Both the position numbers and the translations under genes were made by a program. Positions 1 to 9,462 of a DNA stretch of 64,000 nucleotides are shown one piece after another (within the stretch, counting starts at the first letter, position 1; the number at the start of each line of letters is the position of its first letter). Source of the stretch: Myxococcaceae bacterium (GTDB lineage Bacteria > Myxococcota > Myxococcia > Myxococcales > Myxococcaceae). Location: assembly GCA_044223505.1 (NCBI GenBank), contig JBGALX010000012.1:90174-154173 (forward strand), written 5' to 3'. The notes under the pieces were generated by a model that was not told where the DNA came from, ran no database searches, and saw nothing but the letters and a program-made list of their open reading frames with translations.

Positions 1-2321
1 TCGACGTCACTCGCGAACAGCGTACCGCGCGCCGGAGTGTCTTCGTCGGTCGACAGCGCGCTCGGCTTCGCGACCGGCGCGTCGTTGACGGGAGCGATGG
101 AGACCATCACCTTCGCGGGCTGAGAGGTGAGCTTCCCGTCGCTCGCGGTCACGGTGAACGTCACGGCGCCGTACTGGTCCTTCTTCGGCTCGAAGCGGAG
201 CTTGCCCTTCGCGTCGACGCTCGCCGGGCCCTGCACCGAGAAGGTGAGCGGGTCGCCGTCGGCGTCGAAGGCGCGCAGCTGCCCCTCGACGGCTTCGTCT
301 TCGCGGGTCGAGAGCTGGAGGTCGGCGACGACGGGCGCGTCGTTCACCGGCTCGACGTGCAGCATGACCGTGCCTCGCACGACGGTGCGGCCGTCGGTGA
401 CGTCGAAGGTGAAGGCGTCGTCGCCGTTCGCGTCGGGCGCGGGCTGGAACCTGAAGGTGCTGCCGTCGGACCAGACGGCGCCGAGGCGGGGCTGGCTGAG
501 CACGCGGAACGTGAGCGGGTCGCCGTCGACGTCGCCGCCGGGCAGCGCGCCCTGGGCCGCGGCGTCTTCGAGCGAGGCGACGGTGAGCGGCTTCACGAAC
601 GGCGGGTCGTCGACCGGAGCGAGCACGACGGCCACGCTCGCCTCGGCCGCGGCCTTGCCGTCGCTGACGCTGAGCGTGAAGGCGTCGGGGCCGTGGTAGT
701 CCCGTGCGGGCACGAAGGTGACGGCGCCGGTCTTGGCGTCGACGCGGGCCTCGCCGTGAGCGGGCGGCGCGCCGACCGACCAGCGCAGGGCGTCGCCGTC
801 GACGTCGGTGGCGGCGGCGGCTCCGTAGGCGGGCTGGTCTTCGTCGCTGGCGAGGCTCAGGGGCTGCGCGACGGGGGCGTCGTTCACGGGCTTCACCGAG
901 AGGCGAACGACGACCTCGGTGGCGAGGCTGCCGTCGCTGACGCGCACGGTGAAGCTGTCGGGCCCGTGGTAGTCGCGCGCGGGCGCGTAGGTGAAGGCGC
1001 CGGTCTGGGGCGAGAGCGTGAGCGTGCCGTGGGCGACGTCCTTGCCCTTCGCGTAGTCGAGCGTGTCGCCGTCGACGTCGCTCGCGGCGACCTGGGCGTC
1101 GAGCTTGGTGTCTTCGTCGAGCGCGTGCGCGGCGCTCTTGGCGAGGGGGGCGTCGTTGACGGCGGTGACGGTGACGCTCACCTCGACGGCGGTGGCGGCG
1201 GCGCCGTCGCTGACCTCGACGGTGAAGGCGTCGGCGCCGTTGTAGTCGGGGGCGGGGCGGTACGAGGCGGCTCCGGAGCGGGCGTCGACCCAGGCCTCGC
1301 CGTGCGCGGGGGCGCGGGCGATGCGCCAGGTGAGGGCGTCGCCGTCGACGTCGCTGGCCTTGCCTTGAGTGCCGGCGGGCTCGTCTTCGCGCGTCGAGAT
1401 GCCGGGCGCGGAGGCGACGGGGGCGTCGTTGACGGCGGCGACCTGCAGCGAGAGCTTCGCCGAGGCCTTGAGCTTGCCGTCGCTGACATCGACGGAGAAC
1501 GCGTCTTCGCCGTGCCAGTCGCGGGCGGGCGTGAAGGTGTACGCGCCGCTCTCGGGGTCGAGCGTCAGCTCGCCGTGCTTGGGCTTCGCGGTGAGCTTGT
1601 AGGTGAGGGCGTCGCCGTCGACGTCGGAGGCGTCGATGCGGGCGGCGCAGGGCTCGTCTTCGCGGCAGGGCTGGGGCTTCGCGCGGACGAGCGGGGCGTC
1701 GTTGACGGCGACGACCTTGACCGAGACCTCGGCGGCGCCGGTGAGGGCGCCGTCGCTGACCTCGACGGTGAAGGAGTCGGCGCCGTTGTAGTCGGGGGCG
1801 GGGCGGTAGGTGACGGCGCCCTTGCGCGGGTCGACGGAGGCGCTGCCGTGCGCGGGCGGAGCGACGACGCGGTACGTGAGGATGTCGCGGTCGACGTCGG
1901 AGGCGGCGAGCTGGCCCTTGGCGGCGGAGTCTTCGTACGTCGAGAGCTGCAGCGGGCTCGCCTTCGGGGCGTCGTTCTCGGCGGTGACGTGCAGGGTGAC
2001 GCGGGCGCGGGCCGACGTCTTGCCCGAGGTGACGCGGACGGTGAAGGCGTCGTCGCCGACGAAGTCGGGAGCGGGGCGATAGGTGAAGGCGCCGGTGGAG
2101 GGGTCGACGGAGGCCTCGCCGTGCTTGGGCCGCTGGTCGAGCTTCACGCTGAGCTGCTCGCCGGGGCGCGGGCTCGCGATCTGCCCGCTGAGCTCGGAGT
2201 CCTCGCTGCCGGTGAGCTCCTGGTCGCGCACCACGGGGCTGGCCAGCGCAGGGTGTGTCAGGGTCAGCAAGAGACCAAGAGTCAGAAGCGACCCGGCGCA
2301 CCGCGGGAGAGAGGGGCACAT
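1..2321 (-). CDS. Large secreted tandem-repeat (cadherin/Ig-like, about 93-aa units) adhesin-like protein. The N-terminus and start lie in the window; the C-terminus runs off the left edge.
   Basis: Minus-strand frame not in the ORF track because it has no stop in the window. ATG at 2321 gives MCPSLPRCAGSLLTLGLLLTLTHPALA, a signal peptide. This is followed by at least seven repeats (period about 280 nt) of the motif ...DPSTGAFTY.PAPD(Y/F)(H/V)GPD.FT(V/L)(R/S)V.DG...A...V.V.(V)NDAP(V). GC3 is very high in this frame. A GGTGG Shine-Dalgarno-like sequence lies upstream. Confidence 0.8.
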   Translation of the reverse strand, partial: MCPSLPRCAGSLLTLGLLLTLTHPALASPVVRDQELTGSEDSELSGQIASPRPGEQLSVKLDQRPKHGEASVDPSTGAFTYRPAPDFVGDDAFTVRVTSGKTSARARVTLHVTAENDAPKASPLQLSTYEDSAAKGQLAASDVDRDILTYRVVAPPAHGSASVDPRKGAVTYRPAPDYNGADSFTVEVSDGALTGAAEVSVKVVAVNDAPLVRAKPQPCREDEPCAARIDASDVDGDALTYKLTAKPKHGELTLDPESGAYTFTPARDWHGEDAFSVDVSDGKLKASAKLSLQVAAVNDAPVASAPGISTREDEPAGTQGKASDVDGDALTWRIARAPAHGEAWVDARSGAASYRPAPDYNGADAFTVEVSDGAAATAVEVSVTVTAVNDAPLAKSAAHALDEDTKLDAQVAASDVDGDTLDYAKGKDVAHGTLTLSPQTGAFTYAPARDYHGPDSFTVRVSDGSLATEVVVRLSVKPVNDAPVAQPLSLASDEDQPAYGAAAATDVDGDALRWSVGAPPAHGEARVDAKTGAVTFVPARDYHGPDAFTLSVSDGKAAAEASVAVVLAPVDDPPFVKPLTVASLEDAAAQGALPGGDVDGDPLTFRVLSQPRLGAVWSDGSTFRFQPAPDANGDDAFTFDVTDGRTVVRGTVMLHVEPVNDAPVVADLQLSTREDEAVEGQLRAFDADGDPLTFSVQGPASVDAKGKLRFEPKKDQYGAVTFTVTASDGKLTSQPAKVMVSIAPVNDAPVAKPSALSTDEDTPARGTLFASDV

Positions 2322-2379
2322 GCCACCGCTTCACTGCATGGTTCGTTCCCCACCCACCGACGACGTGGACGCGCTCGTG

Positions 2380-2632
<253 letters not shown>

Positions 2633-3778
2633 TCAGTTCATCTGCGTGCTCACGATGGGGTGCTCTTTCGCCGTCTGCCACGGCAGCTCGGGCCACCAGC
2701 GCTCGTTCTGCGGCGGCGCGTCGGGCTCGACGCTCTGCCCCGGCTTCGGCGTCACGATGGGAACCTGCGTCGCCGTCGCTTCTGCGAGCGCGCGCTCGAT
2801 GGGCTCGGTCCACCCGTGCATCGCGAGCGTGAACAGCCCCCAGTGAATCGGGAAGAACGTCTTCGCTCGCACCAGCGTCGACGCCTTCACCGCCTGCTCC
2901 GGGCCGATGTGCCAGTCGGGCCACGCGCGGTGGTACTGGCCGATCTCGACCATCGCCACGTCGAACGGCCCGTACTTCTCACCGATGTCTCGCATCGCCG
3001 GGAACAGGCCCGTGTCGCCCGAGTACCAGACGCGGTGCGCCGGCCCGACGATGCTCCAGCTCGTCCACAGCGTCGCGCCCTGGTCGAGCACCTGCCGACC
3101 CGACGCGTGCCGCGACGGCGTCGACGCGATGCGCACGGCTCCGAGCGACGCCTCTTCCCACCAGTCGAGCTCGGTGATGTCGCCCGCGGGGATGCCCCAG
3201 TACTCGAGGTGCGCGCCGACTCCGAGCGGCACGAAGAAGCGCGCGCCCTTCAGCTGCTTCACCGTCGCCTCGTCGAGGTGGTCGTAGTGGTCGTGCGAGA
3301 CGAGCACCGCGTCGACCTTCGGAAACTCCTTCAGCGGTATCAGCGGCGGGTACCAGCGCTGCGGCCCCACGAACGTGTACGGCGACGCCCGCTCGCTGAA
3401 GACCGGGTCGGTCAAGAGCTTCACGCCGTCGACCTCGATGAGCGTCGTCGAGTGGCCGAACCACGTGATGCGCAGCCCCGTCGCCGGAGCCGCCGCGAAG
3501 CGCTCGGCGTCGCCTGCGACCGTCGGCACCGGCGCCTGCGGCGCAGCGACCGGGCTCACGTCGAGGAAGCCGAAGATCGAGCCCCACGCGTCGTTGCGCA
3601 ACGGCTGCGGGTTCTCGAAGTGCGAGCCCGCCCATTGCTTCGACCGCGCGATGCGCCCCCTGCGCTCGCCCGTCGCGCCGTGGCCGAACGCCTCCCACCC
3701 GAGGATGACGAAGAGCAGCGCGACGAGCGCCAGCGCGGCGGCGAGCGAGGCGACGACACGGAGCAGGGCGCGCTTCAA
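2633..3778 (-). CDS. MBL-fold metallo-hydrolase (NAPE-PLD-like) with an N-terminal membrane anchor.
   Basis: Carries the HDHYDH metal-binding motif and an N-terminal hydrophobic segment (LLRVVASLAAALALVALLFVILGW). The only start available is the TTG at 3778, four codons after the TAG stop of the upstream response regulator. A paralog lies at 26115-27080. Confidence 0.8.
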   Translation of the reverse strand: MKRALLRVVASLAAALALVALLFVILGWEAFGHGATGERRGRIARSKQWAGSHFENPQPLRNDAWGSIFGFLDVSPVAAPQAPVPTVAGDAERFAAAPATGLRITWFGHSTTLIEVDGVKLLTDPVFSERASPYTFVGPQRWYPPLIPLKEFPKVDAVLVSHDHYDHLDEATVKQLKGARFFVPLGVGAHLEYWGIPAGDITELDWWEEASLGAVRIASTPSRHASGRQVLDQGATLWTSWSIVGPAHRVWYSGDTGLFPAMRDIGEKYGPFDVAMVEIGQYHRAWPDWHIGPEQAVKASTLVRAKTFFPIHWGLFTLAMHGWTEPIERALAEATATQVPIVTPKPGQSVEPDAPPQNERWWPELPWQTAKEHPIVSTQMN

Positions 3779-3790
3779 CGGCGCGCGAGA

Positions 3791-4186
3791 CTACCCCGCT
3801 CGCTTCAACTTCAGCTTCACTTCGGCGAGCTCGCGCGACAGCTGCAGCGTGCGCTGAACCATGTCGATGATGCTCTTCACGCCGTTGAAGGGCTTCGCGA
3901 GGTAGCCCTGAATGGGCAGCCCCCCGATGGCCGGCTCGGGGTACGCCGACATCAACACGACCGGGAGCTCGGGCGCCTTCAGCCGCAGCCGGCGAATCAG
4001 CTCGTAGCCCGACACGCCCGGCATGTTCTTGTCGGTCACGAGCAGGTTGAAGCACTTCGCGTCGAACAGCTGCTCGGCGTGGAGCGGGCCCGCCGTCCAC
4101 GTGTCGAAGCCGGCCTTCTGCAGCACGTCACGCACCATCATCGCCAGCTCGGGGTCGTCGTCGACGACCAGCACGCGGGTCTTCAT
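3791..4186 (-). CDS. Single-domain response regulator (CheY-like receiver).
   Basis: Starts MKTRVLVVDDDPEL...LVTDKNMPGVSGYEL...LAKPF, giving the receiver Asp and Lys signature. The ATG at 4186 was chosen over the longer track ORF, whose N-terminal extension looks like junk. Confidence 0.85.
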   Translation of the reverse strand: MKTRVLVVDDDPELAMMVRDVLQKAGFDTWTAGPLHAEQLFDAKCFNLLVTDKNMPGVSGYELIRRLRLKAPELPVVLMSAYPEPAIGGLPIQGYLAKPFNGVKSIIDMVQRTLQLSRELAEVKLKLKRAG

Positions 4187-4319
4187 GGAGCTCGTGCAGG
4201 AGCACGGATCAGACCGCCGCCAGGTGCCGGACCGCCTTGGCCACTGACCAGGTCTCTTCGGACCTGGGCCAGGGTTTTCTTTCACATGCTGATCCACCCC
4301 AGGTGTCGTGTGGGTCGAT

Positions 4320-5735
4320 ATGCGTCTCTTCCTGGTCCTCACGGCCCTCGCGGTCGTGTCTTGTGGCGCGCCTTCACGCCGGCCCTGCTCGGCCGACACC
4401 TGCGGCGGTTGCTGCTCCGATGACGGCGTCTGCAAGCCAGGCGGGACTCCCGACGCCTGCGGCATCAACGGCTCGCAATGCAGCGCGTGCTCGGGCGGTC
4501 AGCAGTGCCAGATCGGCGTCTGCCAGGGCGGCAGCGGCGGCAGCGGCGGCACCGCCGGCGGCACGGGCGCGACGGCGGGCGGAACAGGCACGAGCGCTGG
4601 CGGAGGCACGGGCGCGACGGCCGGCGGCGCTTCGACCGCAGGCAGCGGCGGCACCAGCGGAGGCACCGGCGCGACGGCCGGCGGCAGCGGCGGCACCGCG
4701 GGCGGCAGCGGCAGCGGCGCCTGCAACGCGACGAACTGCGGCTTCGGGTGCTGCAACGGCAACGTCTGCGAGCTCGGCACCTCGAGCGGCGCGTGCGGCA
4801 AGGGCGGCGGCTCGTGCTCGGCGTGCGGCGCAGGCACGTCGTGCCAGAGCCAGCAGTGCGCTCCGGTCGTGACCGGCTGCAACAACGCGTCGTGCGCGTC
4901 GGGCTGCTGCAACGGCAACACGTGCGAGCTCGGCACCTCGAACGGGGCGTGCGGCTCGAACGGCAACGCATGCATCGGCTGCGGCTCGGGCCTCGCGTGC
5001 CAGAACCAGGCGTGCGCGCCGGTGAACCCGATGGGCTGCAACGCGTCGACGTGCGCGAGCGGCTGCTGCCAGAACGGCGTGTGTCAGAGCGGCACCTCGC
5101 ACGCGGCCTGCGGCACGGGCGCTCAAGCGTGCAGCGCGTGCGGCACGAACGAGGTCTGCGCGGGCGGGCGCTGCGTGAGCTCGAACCCCGGCGGCTGCGG
5201 CCCGATGTCGTGCAACGGCTGCTGCGCGAACGGCGTGTGCCTGCCAGGGGGCGACACGACCGCCTGCGGCAGCGGCGGCGCCTCGTGCCAGCTGTGCATC
5301 GGCCTCTGCTTCGGAGGTCTCTGCGTCTCGGTGCTGCCCGGAAACGGCGGCGGCGACGGGGGCACCGGCGCTCCGTGCACGCAGTCGGGTCAGTGCGAGA
5401 ACTTCGGGTTCCTCGAGACGTCGCGCTGCATCGGCGAGCGTCGCGCCGACGGCGGCCTCTCGGGCTGGGTGTCGGGCTACTGCTCGTCGACGTGCCTGCT
5501 CGGCTACTGCCCGGGCAACGGCACCTGCCTCTCGGACGGCAACTGCTACTCGCCGTGCAGCACGCCGGGCCAGGGCCGCGGCAGCTGCCGCGTCGGCTAC
5601 GTGTGCATTCAGCTCGTGAGCGCCTCCGACGGCGGCATCATCGCCGGCTCCGGAGTGTGTCAGCCCGACTGCCGCAACGCCGGCGTGTCGTGCGCGCCTG
5701 GCCATTCGTGCAGCGCGCAGGGCTACTGTCTCTGA
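4320..5735 (+). CDS. Secreted Cys-rich repeat lipoprotein (myxobacterial-type cysteine-rich repeats).
   Basis: Signal peptide plus lipobox (MRLFLVLTALAVVSC), a Gly/Thr/Ala linker, then 5 or more repeats of C.A(S/T).C(A/G).GCC.NG.C..GTS..ACG. Compare TIGR02232-type myxobacterial disulfide-rich repeats (family name recalled from memory). Confidence 0.75.
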   Translation: MRLFLVLTALAVVSCGAPSRRPCSADTCGGCCSDDGVCKPGGTPDACGINGSQCSACSGGQQCQIGVCQGGSGGSGGTAGGTGATAGGTGTSAGGGTGATAGGASTAGSGGTSGGTGATAGGSGGTAGGSGSGACNATNCGFGCCNGNVCELGTSSGACGKGGGSCSACGAGTSCQSQQCAPVVTGCNNASCASGCCNGNTCELGTSNGACGSNGNACIGCGSGLACQNQACAPVNPMGCNASTCASGCCQNGVCQSGTSHAACGTGAQACSACGTNEVCAGGRCVSSNPGGCGPMSCNGCCANGVCLPGGDTTACGSGGASCQLCIGLCFGGLCVSVLPGNGGGDGGTGAPCTQSGQCENFGFLETSRCIGERRADGGLSGWVSGYCSSTCLLGYCPGNGTCLSDGNCYSPCSTPGQGRGSCRVGYVCIQLVSASDGGIIAGSGVCQPDCRNAGVSCAPGHSCSAQGYCL

Positions 5736-5769
5736 GCGCGGCCTACGCGCGGGCTGGACTCAGGCGAGC

Positions 5770-7998
5770 TCAGGCCGAGACGCGCTCGACGTTCGCGAGC
5801 ACGTGCTTGTGCCACGGCGTCCCCACCCACGGGTCGCAGTCGGCCGCGCGCGTGAGCTCGTTGGGCGCCACGCCCGGAGCCGTGCCGTCAGCGAGCGTCG
5901 TGCCGAGCCCGTTCGGCAGCGAGACGTGGCCGCGCTGCATGGTGGGCGAGACCTCGGCGACGACCTCGCGCGAGCCGGCCTTCGTGGTGAGCCGCACGCG
6001 GTCGCCGCTCGCGACGCCGAGCCGCTGGGCGTCGTCGGGGCTGATGCGCAGCGCTCCGGCGGCGTCGGTCTTCCGCCACGCGGGCTCTCGCATGATGGTG
6101 TTCGCGGTGAACGAGCGGCGCTCGCCGGCCGACAGCACGAACGGAAACGCGGCGTCGGGGCGCGGCGGCCCATCGCGCAGCGCGGCCGCGAGCTCTTCGA
6201 GCAGGTCGGGCAGGCAGAGCTGAACGGTCGCGAGCTTCGCGAGCATCGCTTCCCAGGTGTCGACGGCGAAGACGAGGCCTTGGGGCTTCGCGAGCATCGC
6301 GCTGAACAGCGCGGCGGCGGCCTCGAGCGGCTCGCCTGCGAAGCCGGCGCGGGCGAGGGCTTCGGGGTGCTCCATCGCGGCCTTCGCGGCGAGGCCGAGC
6401 AGCACGGCGCCCTCGCGCTGCGCCGCCGGCACCGGAGCCGTGCGGTAGAGCAGCACCGGCGCCTGCGCCGAGAGGCGGGGCTCGGTCAGGGTGAGCTCCA
6501 TCAGCTTCGACGCGTAGGCGACGAGGCCCTCTGTGGCCGCGGCGCGCAGCGGGGCGTAGTCGGCCTCGCTCACCTCGCCGAGCGCTTCGCAGAGGCGCGC
6601 GTGAATCTCGGCCTCGGGCAGCGTGCCGGGCAGCGGGTCGAGCAGGCGGGGCCGCAGCTGGAAGACGTTCTTCGGGAAGTCGAAGTTGAAGAACGTGGCC
6701 TCGGCCTTCTCGAACTGGGTCGAGGCCGGCAGCACGTAGTGGGCCTCGCGCGCGGACTCGGTCATGGCGACGTCGATGACGACGACGGTGTCGAGCGCGC
6801 GCAGCGCCTCGCGGAAGCGGGGAGACTCGGCGAGCGAGTGGGCCGGGTTCGCGGCCTCGATGAGCATCGCGCGGTAGCGCTTCGGGTGGTCGGTGAGAAT
6901 CTCGTCGGCGATGGCGTTGCACGGAATCATGCCGCCGACGATGAGGGCCTGGGCGACGGGGCTCTTGCGGCTCGAGGCTCCGCCGAACAGCGAGACGAGC
7001 GTCGTGGGGATGTAGTGGGAGCCGGGCCGGCCGATGTTCCCCGTGAGCGCGACGAGCAGGTAGTGCAGATAGCTGACGAGGGTCGAGTGCAGGTTCATCT
7101 GCACGCCGAGGTCTTCGAAGCTCGCCATCGACTTCGCCTTCGCCATGATGCGTGCGGTCTTGCGCACGAGGGCCTCGTCGACGCCGCAGGCGGTCGAGCA
7201 GGCGGCGACGCTGACGCTCGCGAACGCGGCCTCGACGTCGGCGAGGCCGGCGGTGTGCTTCGCGATGAAGTCGGCGGCGACGAGCTTCTCTTCGAGCAGC
7301 ACGCGCACGAGGCCGGCGAGCAGCCACGCGTCGGTGCCGGGCTTCACCTGCAGGTGAATGTCGGCGAGCTCGGCGGTCTCGGTGCGGCGCGGGTCGACGA
7401 CGATGAGCGTGCGGTTCGGGTCCTTCGCGAGGCTCTTCAGCGTGACGCGCGCGCGGGGGATGGAGTGCGAGTGCCACGGGTTCTTGCCGAGGAAGAACGC
7501 GACCTCGCAGTGGTCGAAGTCAGCGCGCGTGGCCGAGCCGAACATGCGGTCACCGACCCAGAACTGGCCGGTCTTCTCTTGCGCGAGGGCGCTCGAGCGG
7601 TAGCGGGAGCCGAGCGCGCGCCGCGTGGCGGTCGCGTAGGCGCCGGGCAGGTGGTTTCCCTGGCCGCCGCCGCCGTAATAGAAAATCGTGTCGCCGCCGT
7701 GGGCGTCGCGCACGCGCTCGAGTCGCGCGGCGACCTCGCGAATCGCCGTGTCCCAGTCGATGGGCTCGAAGGAGCCGTCGCTCTTGCGGCGCAGCGGCGT
7801 GGTGATGCGGTCGGGGCCGTGCTGGTAGTGGTCGAGCCGGTGGGCCTTCTCGCACGCGTAGCCCTGCGAGGCGGGGTGGGCGTCGTCGCCGCGCAGCTTC
7901 ACGAGGTGACGGTGGTCTGCGCCGCCGAGCTGAACCTCGAGGCCGCAGTTGCACTCGCAGAGGATGCAGGCGGTCGTCTTCCACTCGGGGGCGGTCAT
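5770..7998 (-). CDS. Molybdopterin-dependent oxidoreductase (formate dehydrogenase / assimilatory nitrate reductase family), cytoplasmic.
   Basis: N-terminal CILCECNCG Fe-S cluster motif and a molybdopterin oxidoreductase fold across 742 aa. No Tat signal. ATG at 7998. Confidence 0.9.
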   Translation of the reverse strand: MTAPEWKTTACILCECNCGLEVQLGGADHRHLVKLRGDDAHPASQGYACEKAHRLDHYQHGPDRITTPLRRKSDGSFEPIDWDTAIREVAARLERVRDAHGGDTIFYYGGGGQGNHLPGAYATATRRALGSRYRSSALAQEKTGQFWVGDRMFGSATRADFDHCEVAFFLGKNPWHSHSIPRARVTLKSLAKDPNRTLIVVDPRRTETAELADIHLQVKPGTDAWLLAGLVRVLLEEKLVAADFIAKHTAGLADVEAAFASVSVAACSTACGVDEALVRKTARIMAKAKSMASFEDLGVQMNLHSTLVSYLHYLLVALTGNIGRPGSHYIPTTLVSLFGGASSRKSPVAQALIVGGMIPCNAIADEILTDHPKRYRAMLIEAANPAHSLAESPRFREALRALDTVVVIDVAMTESAREAHYVLPASTQFEKAEATFFNFDFPKNVFQLRPRLLDPLPGTLPEAEIHARLCEALGEVSEADYAPLRAAATEGLVAYASKLMELTLTEPRLSAQAPVLLYRTAPVPAAQREGAVLLGLAAKAAMEHPEALARAGFAGEPLEAAAALFSAMLAKPQGLVFAVDTWEAMLAKLATVQLCLPDLLEELAAALRDGPPRPDAAFPFVLSAGERRSFTANTIMREPAWRKTDAAGALRISPDDAQRLGVASGDRVRLTTKAGSREVVAEVSPTMQRGHVSLPNGLGTTLADGTAPGVAPNELTRAADCDPWVGTPWHKHVLANVERVSA

Positions 7999-8068
7999 GG
8001 GGCCGCATTCCGCTGCCGGGCCGCCCAGAACGCAAGCTCAGGCGTTGCCGATGAGCCCTTCGCGCTCG
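7985..8068. repeat. Direct repeat copy 1 (about 84 bp, about 94% identical to 8849-8933) flanking the TA cassette.
   Basis: GGGGGCGGTCATGGGGCCGCATTCCGCTGCCGGGCCGCCCAGAACGCAAGCTCAGGCGTTGCCGATGAGCCCTTCGCGCTCG. It contains the real start codon of the oxidoreductase gene and an unused copy of the ...EREGLIGNA* C-terminus of the upstream hypothetical gene at 8903-9370. Confidence 0.85.
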
Positions 8069-8138
8069 AGCACTGGAAGCCATCGTGACGTAGGCGGCAG
8101 TGGCACTGGTCGGTTGCCTCGCACGGAGCCTGTTGTCT

Positions 8139-8157
8139 TTGTATGCTCTGTCATACA
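8139..8157 (+). promoter_or_regulatory. Candidate antitoxin operator: inverted repeat TGTATG-N6-CATACA just upstream of the ParD Shine-Dalgarno sequence.
   Basis: A 6-bp perfect inverted repeat in an AT-richer stretch (ctttgtatgctctgtcatacaggagatacaacaATG). An AGGAGA Shine-Dalgarno lies 9 nt before the ATG. Confidence 0.4.
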
Positions 8158-8169
8158 GGAGATACAACA

Positions 8170-8433
8170 ATGGCATCTAGCGACGTGCTGACAGTTCGCC
8201 TGCCGGCCCCCGTGCGAAAGCGGCTCGACGCACTCGCGAAGTCGACTGCTCGGAGCAGGTCATGGCTGACGGTCGACGCGATTGAGAAGTACCTGCAGGA
8301 CAATGAGTGGCAGCTCCGGGCCATCGAGGAGGGTCTGGCTGACTCGAGGCGCGGGCGTCTCGTCGACCATGAAGAGGTGGAGGCCTGGCTCGAGACGTGG
8401 GGGCGCAAAGGGAGCAGAAGGCGCGCGCGATGA
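8170..8433 (+). CDS. parD: ParD/CopG-family ribbon-helix-helix antitoxin (type II TA).
   Basis: MASSDVLTVRLPAPVRKRLDALAKSTARSRSWLTVDAIEKYLQDNEWQLRAIEEGLADSRRGRL... Lower GC than its surroundings. The stop overlaps the toxin start (ATGA). Confidence 0.8.
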   Translation: MASSDVLTVRLPAPVRKRLDALAKSTARSRSWLTVDAIEKYLQDNEWQLRAIEEGLADSRRGRLVDHEEVEAWLETWGRKGSRRRAR

Positions 8434-8714
8434 GGGTGCGGTGGTCGTTCGCTGCAAAGCGGGATCTCGTCGAGCTGCATGACTTTCACACCGATGAGCC
8501 GCAGCTCGCGCGGCGCGCTGCACGGGCGATCATCGACGCGGTGCGGTTGTTGCGGGCGAGCCCCGGGCTGGGTCGTCCCGGCCGGTTTCCCGGTACACGC
8601 GAGCTGATGATCCCGCGAGTCGGCTACGTGATTCCGTACACGATCGTCAGGGGCGAGCTGCACCTGCTGCGGCTGCTGCGTTCCGGCGTTCCGTGGCCCG
8701 ACAGCCTCGACTGA
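8430..8714 (+). CDS. parE: ParE/RelE-family toxin (type II TA).
   Basis: MRVRWSFAAKRDLVELHDF...IPRVGYVIPYTIVRGELHLLRLLRSGVPWPD. It has a 4-nt overlap with parD. Confidence 0.8.
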   Translation: MRVRWSFAAKRDLVELHDFHTDEPQLARRAARAIIDAVRLLRASPGLGRPGRFPGTRELMIPRVGYVIPYTIVRGELHLLRLLRSGVPWPDSLD

Positions 8715-8848
8715 GGCCCGGTATGAAAGTCGCGTTCCAGCACAGGAGCGCAGTGACGAGAACCCGGTAATGGAACGCGCCTTGCCAGCACGGCTGCCCG
8801 ATGCCGACCTTCGGCGTCACCGGGCGACCCTACAACGAAGCCGGCGCG

Positions 8849-8933
8849 TCGGGAGCGGTCATGGGCCCGCCATTCCGCTGCCGGCCCGCCTAGAACGCAA
8901 GCTCAGGCGTTGCCGATGAGCCCTTCGCGCTCG
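8849..8933. repeat. Direct repeat copy 2 of the TA-flanking repeat.
   Basis: Carries the real stop of the gene at 8903-9370 (…EREGLIGNA*) and a dead start MTAPDAPASL*, where the copy 1 reading MTAPEWKTT... opens the oxidoreductase. Confidence 0.85.
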
Positions 8934-9370
8934 GCGGCGGCCAGCAGCCTGTCGGCCGGCGTCTCTCGCGCGCGGGCGGCGTCTTCGAGGGCGGCGCGGC
9001 CCGAGGCGTGAATCGAGAACGGCACGCCCGGCGAGACCATCGCCGCGAGGAGCGTGAGGATGGCGCGCTGCAGGTTCGCGAGCACGCCGCCGCCTTCGAT
9101 CGCGAAGTGAATCGAGAACGCCGACGAGCGGATGGTGTCGCTCTCGCTCGAGAGCACCGCGCGGAACTCTTTCGACGGCGCCTGCAGGTGGCCGGGCACC
9201 ACGCCGACGAACGTGACCTTGTCGTCTCTGCCGAGCTCTCGCGTGACCTTCAGCAGCGCGCGGGCGGTCTCGGCGTCGGGAGGCGTCGTGAAGCGGACCA
9301 CGAGAATCTGCCCGAACACGCGCCAGGAGATCGACGATCGAGCTGGGCCGGGCTCGAGGGACGTGAGCAT
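8903..9370 (-). CDS. Hypothetical protein (156 aa).
   Basis: High GC3. ATG at 9370 gives MLTSLEPGPARSSISWRVFGQILVVRF... No recognisable domain. It lay upstream of the oxidoreductase before the TA cassette was inserted. Confidence 0.5.
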   Translation of the reverse strand: MLTSLEPGPARSSISWRVFGQILVVRFTTPPDAETARALLKVTRELGRDDKVTFVGVVPGHLQAPSKEFRAVLSSESDTIRSSAFSIHFAIEGGGVLANLQRAILTLLAAMVSPGVPFSIHASGRAALEDAARARETPADRLLAAAEREGLIGNA

Positions 9371-9462
9371 GCCCCGACCAAAGCAACGCCGCCCGTGGCG
9401 GAGCAAGGTGCACAACCTGCTGCGCGCTAATTCGACCAATCACCTCGCGTGCGCCGGGTCGG

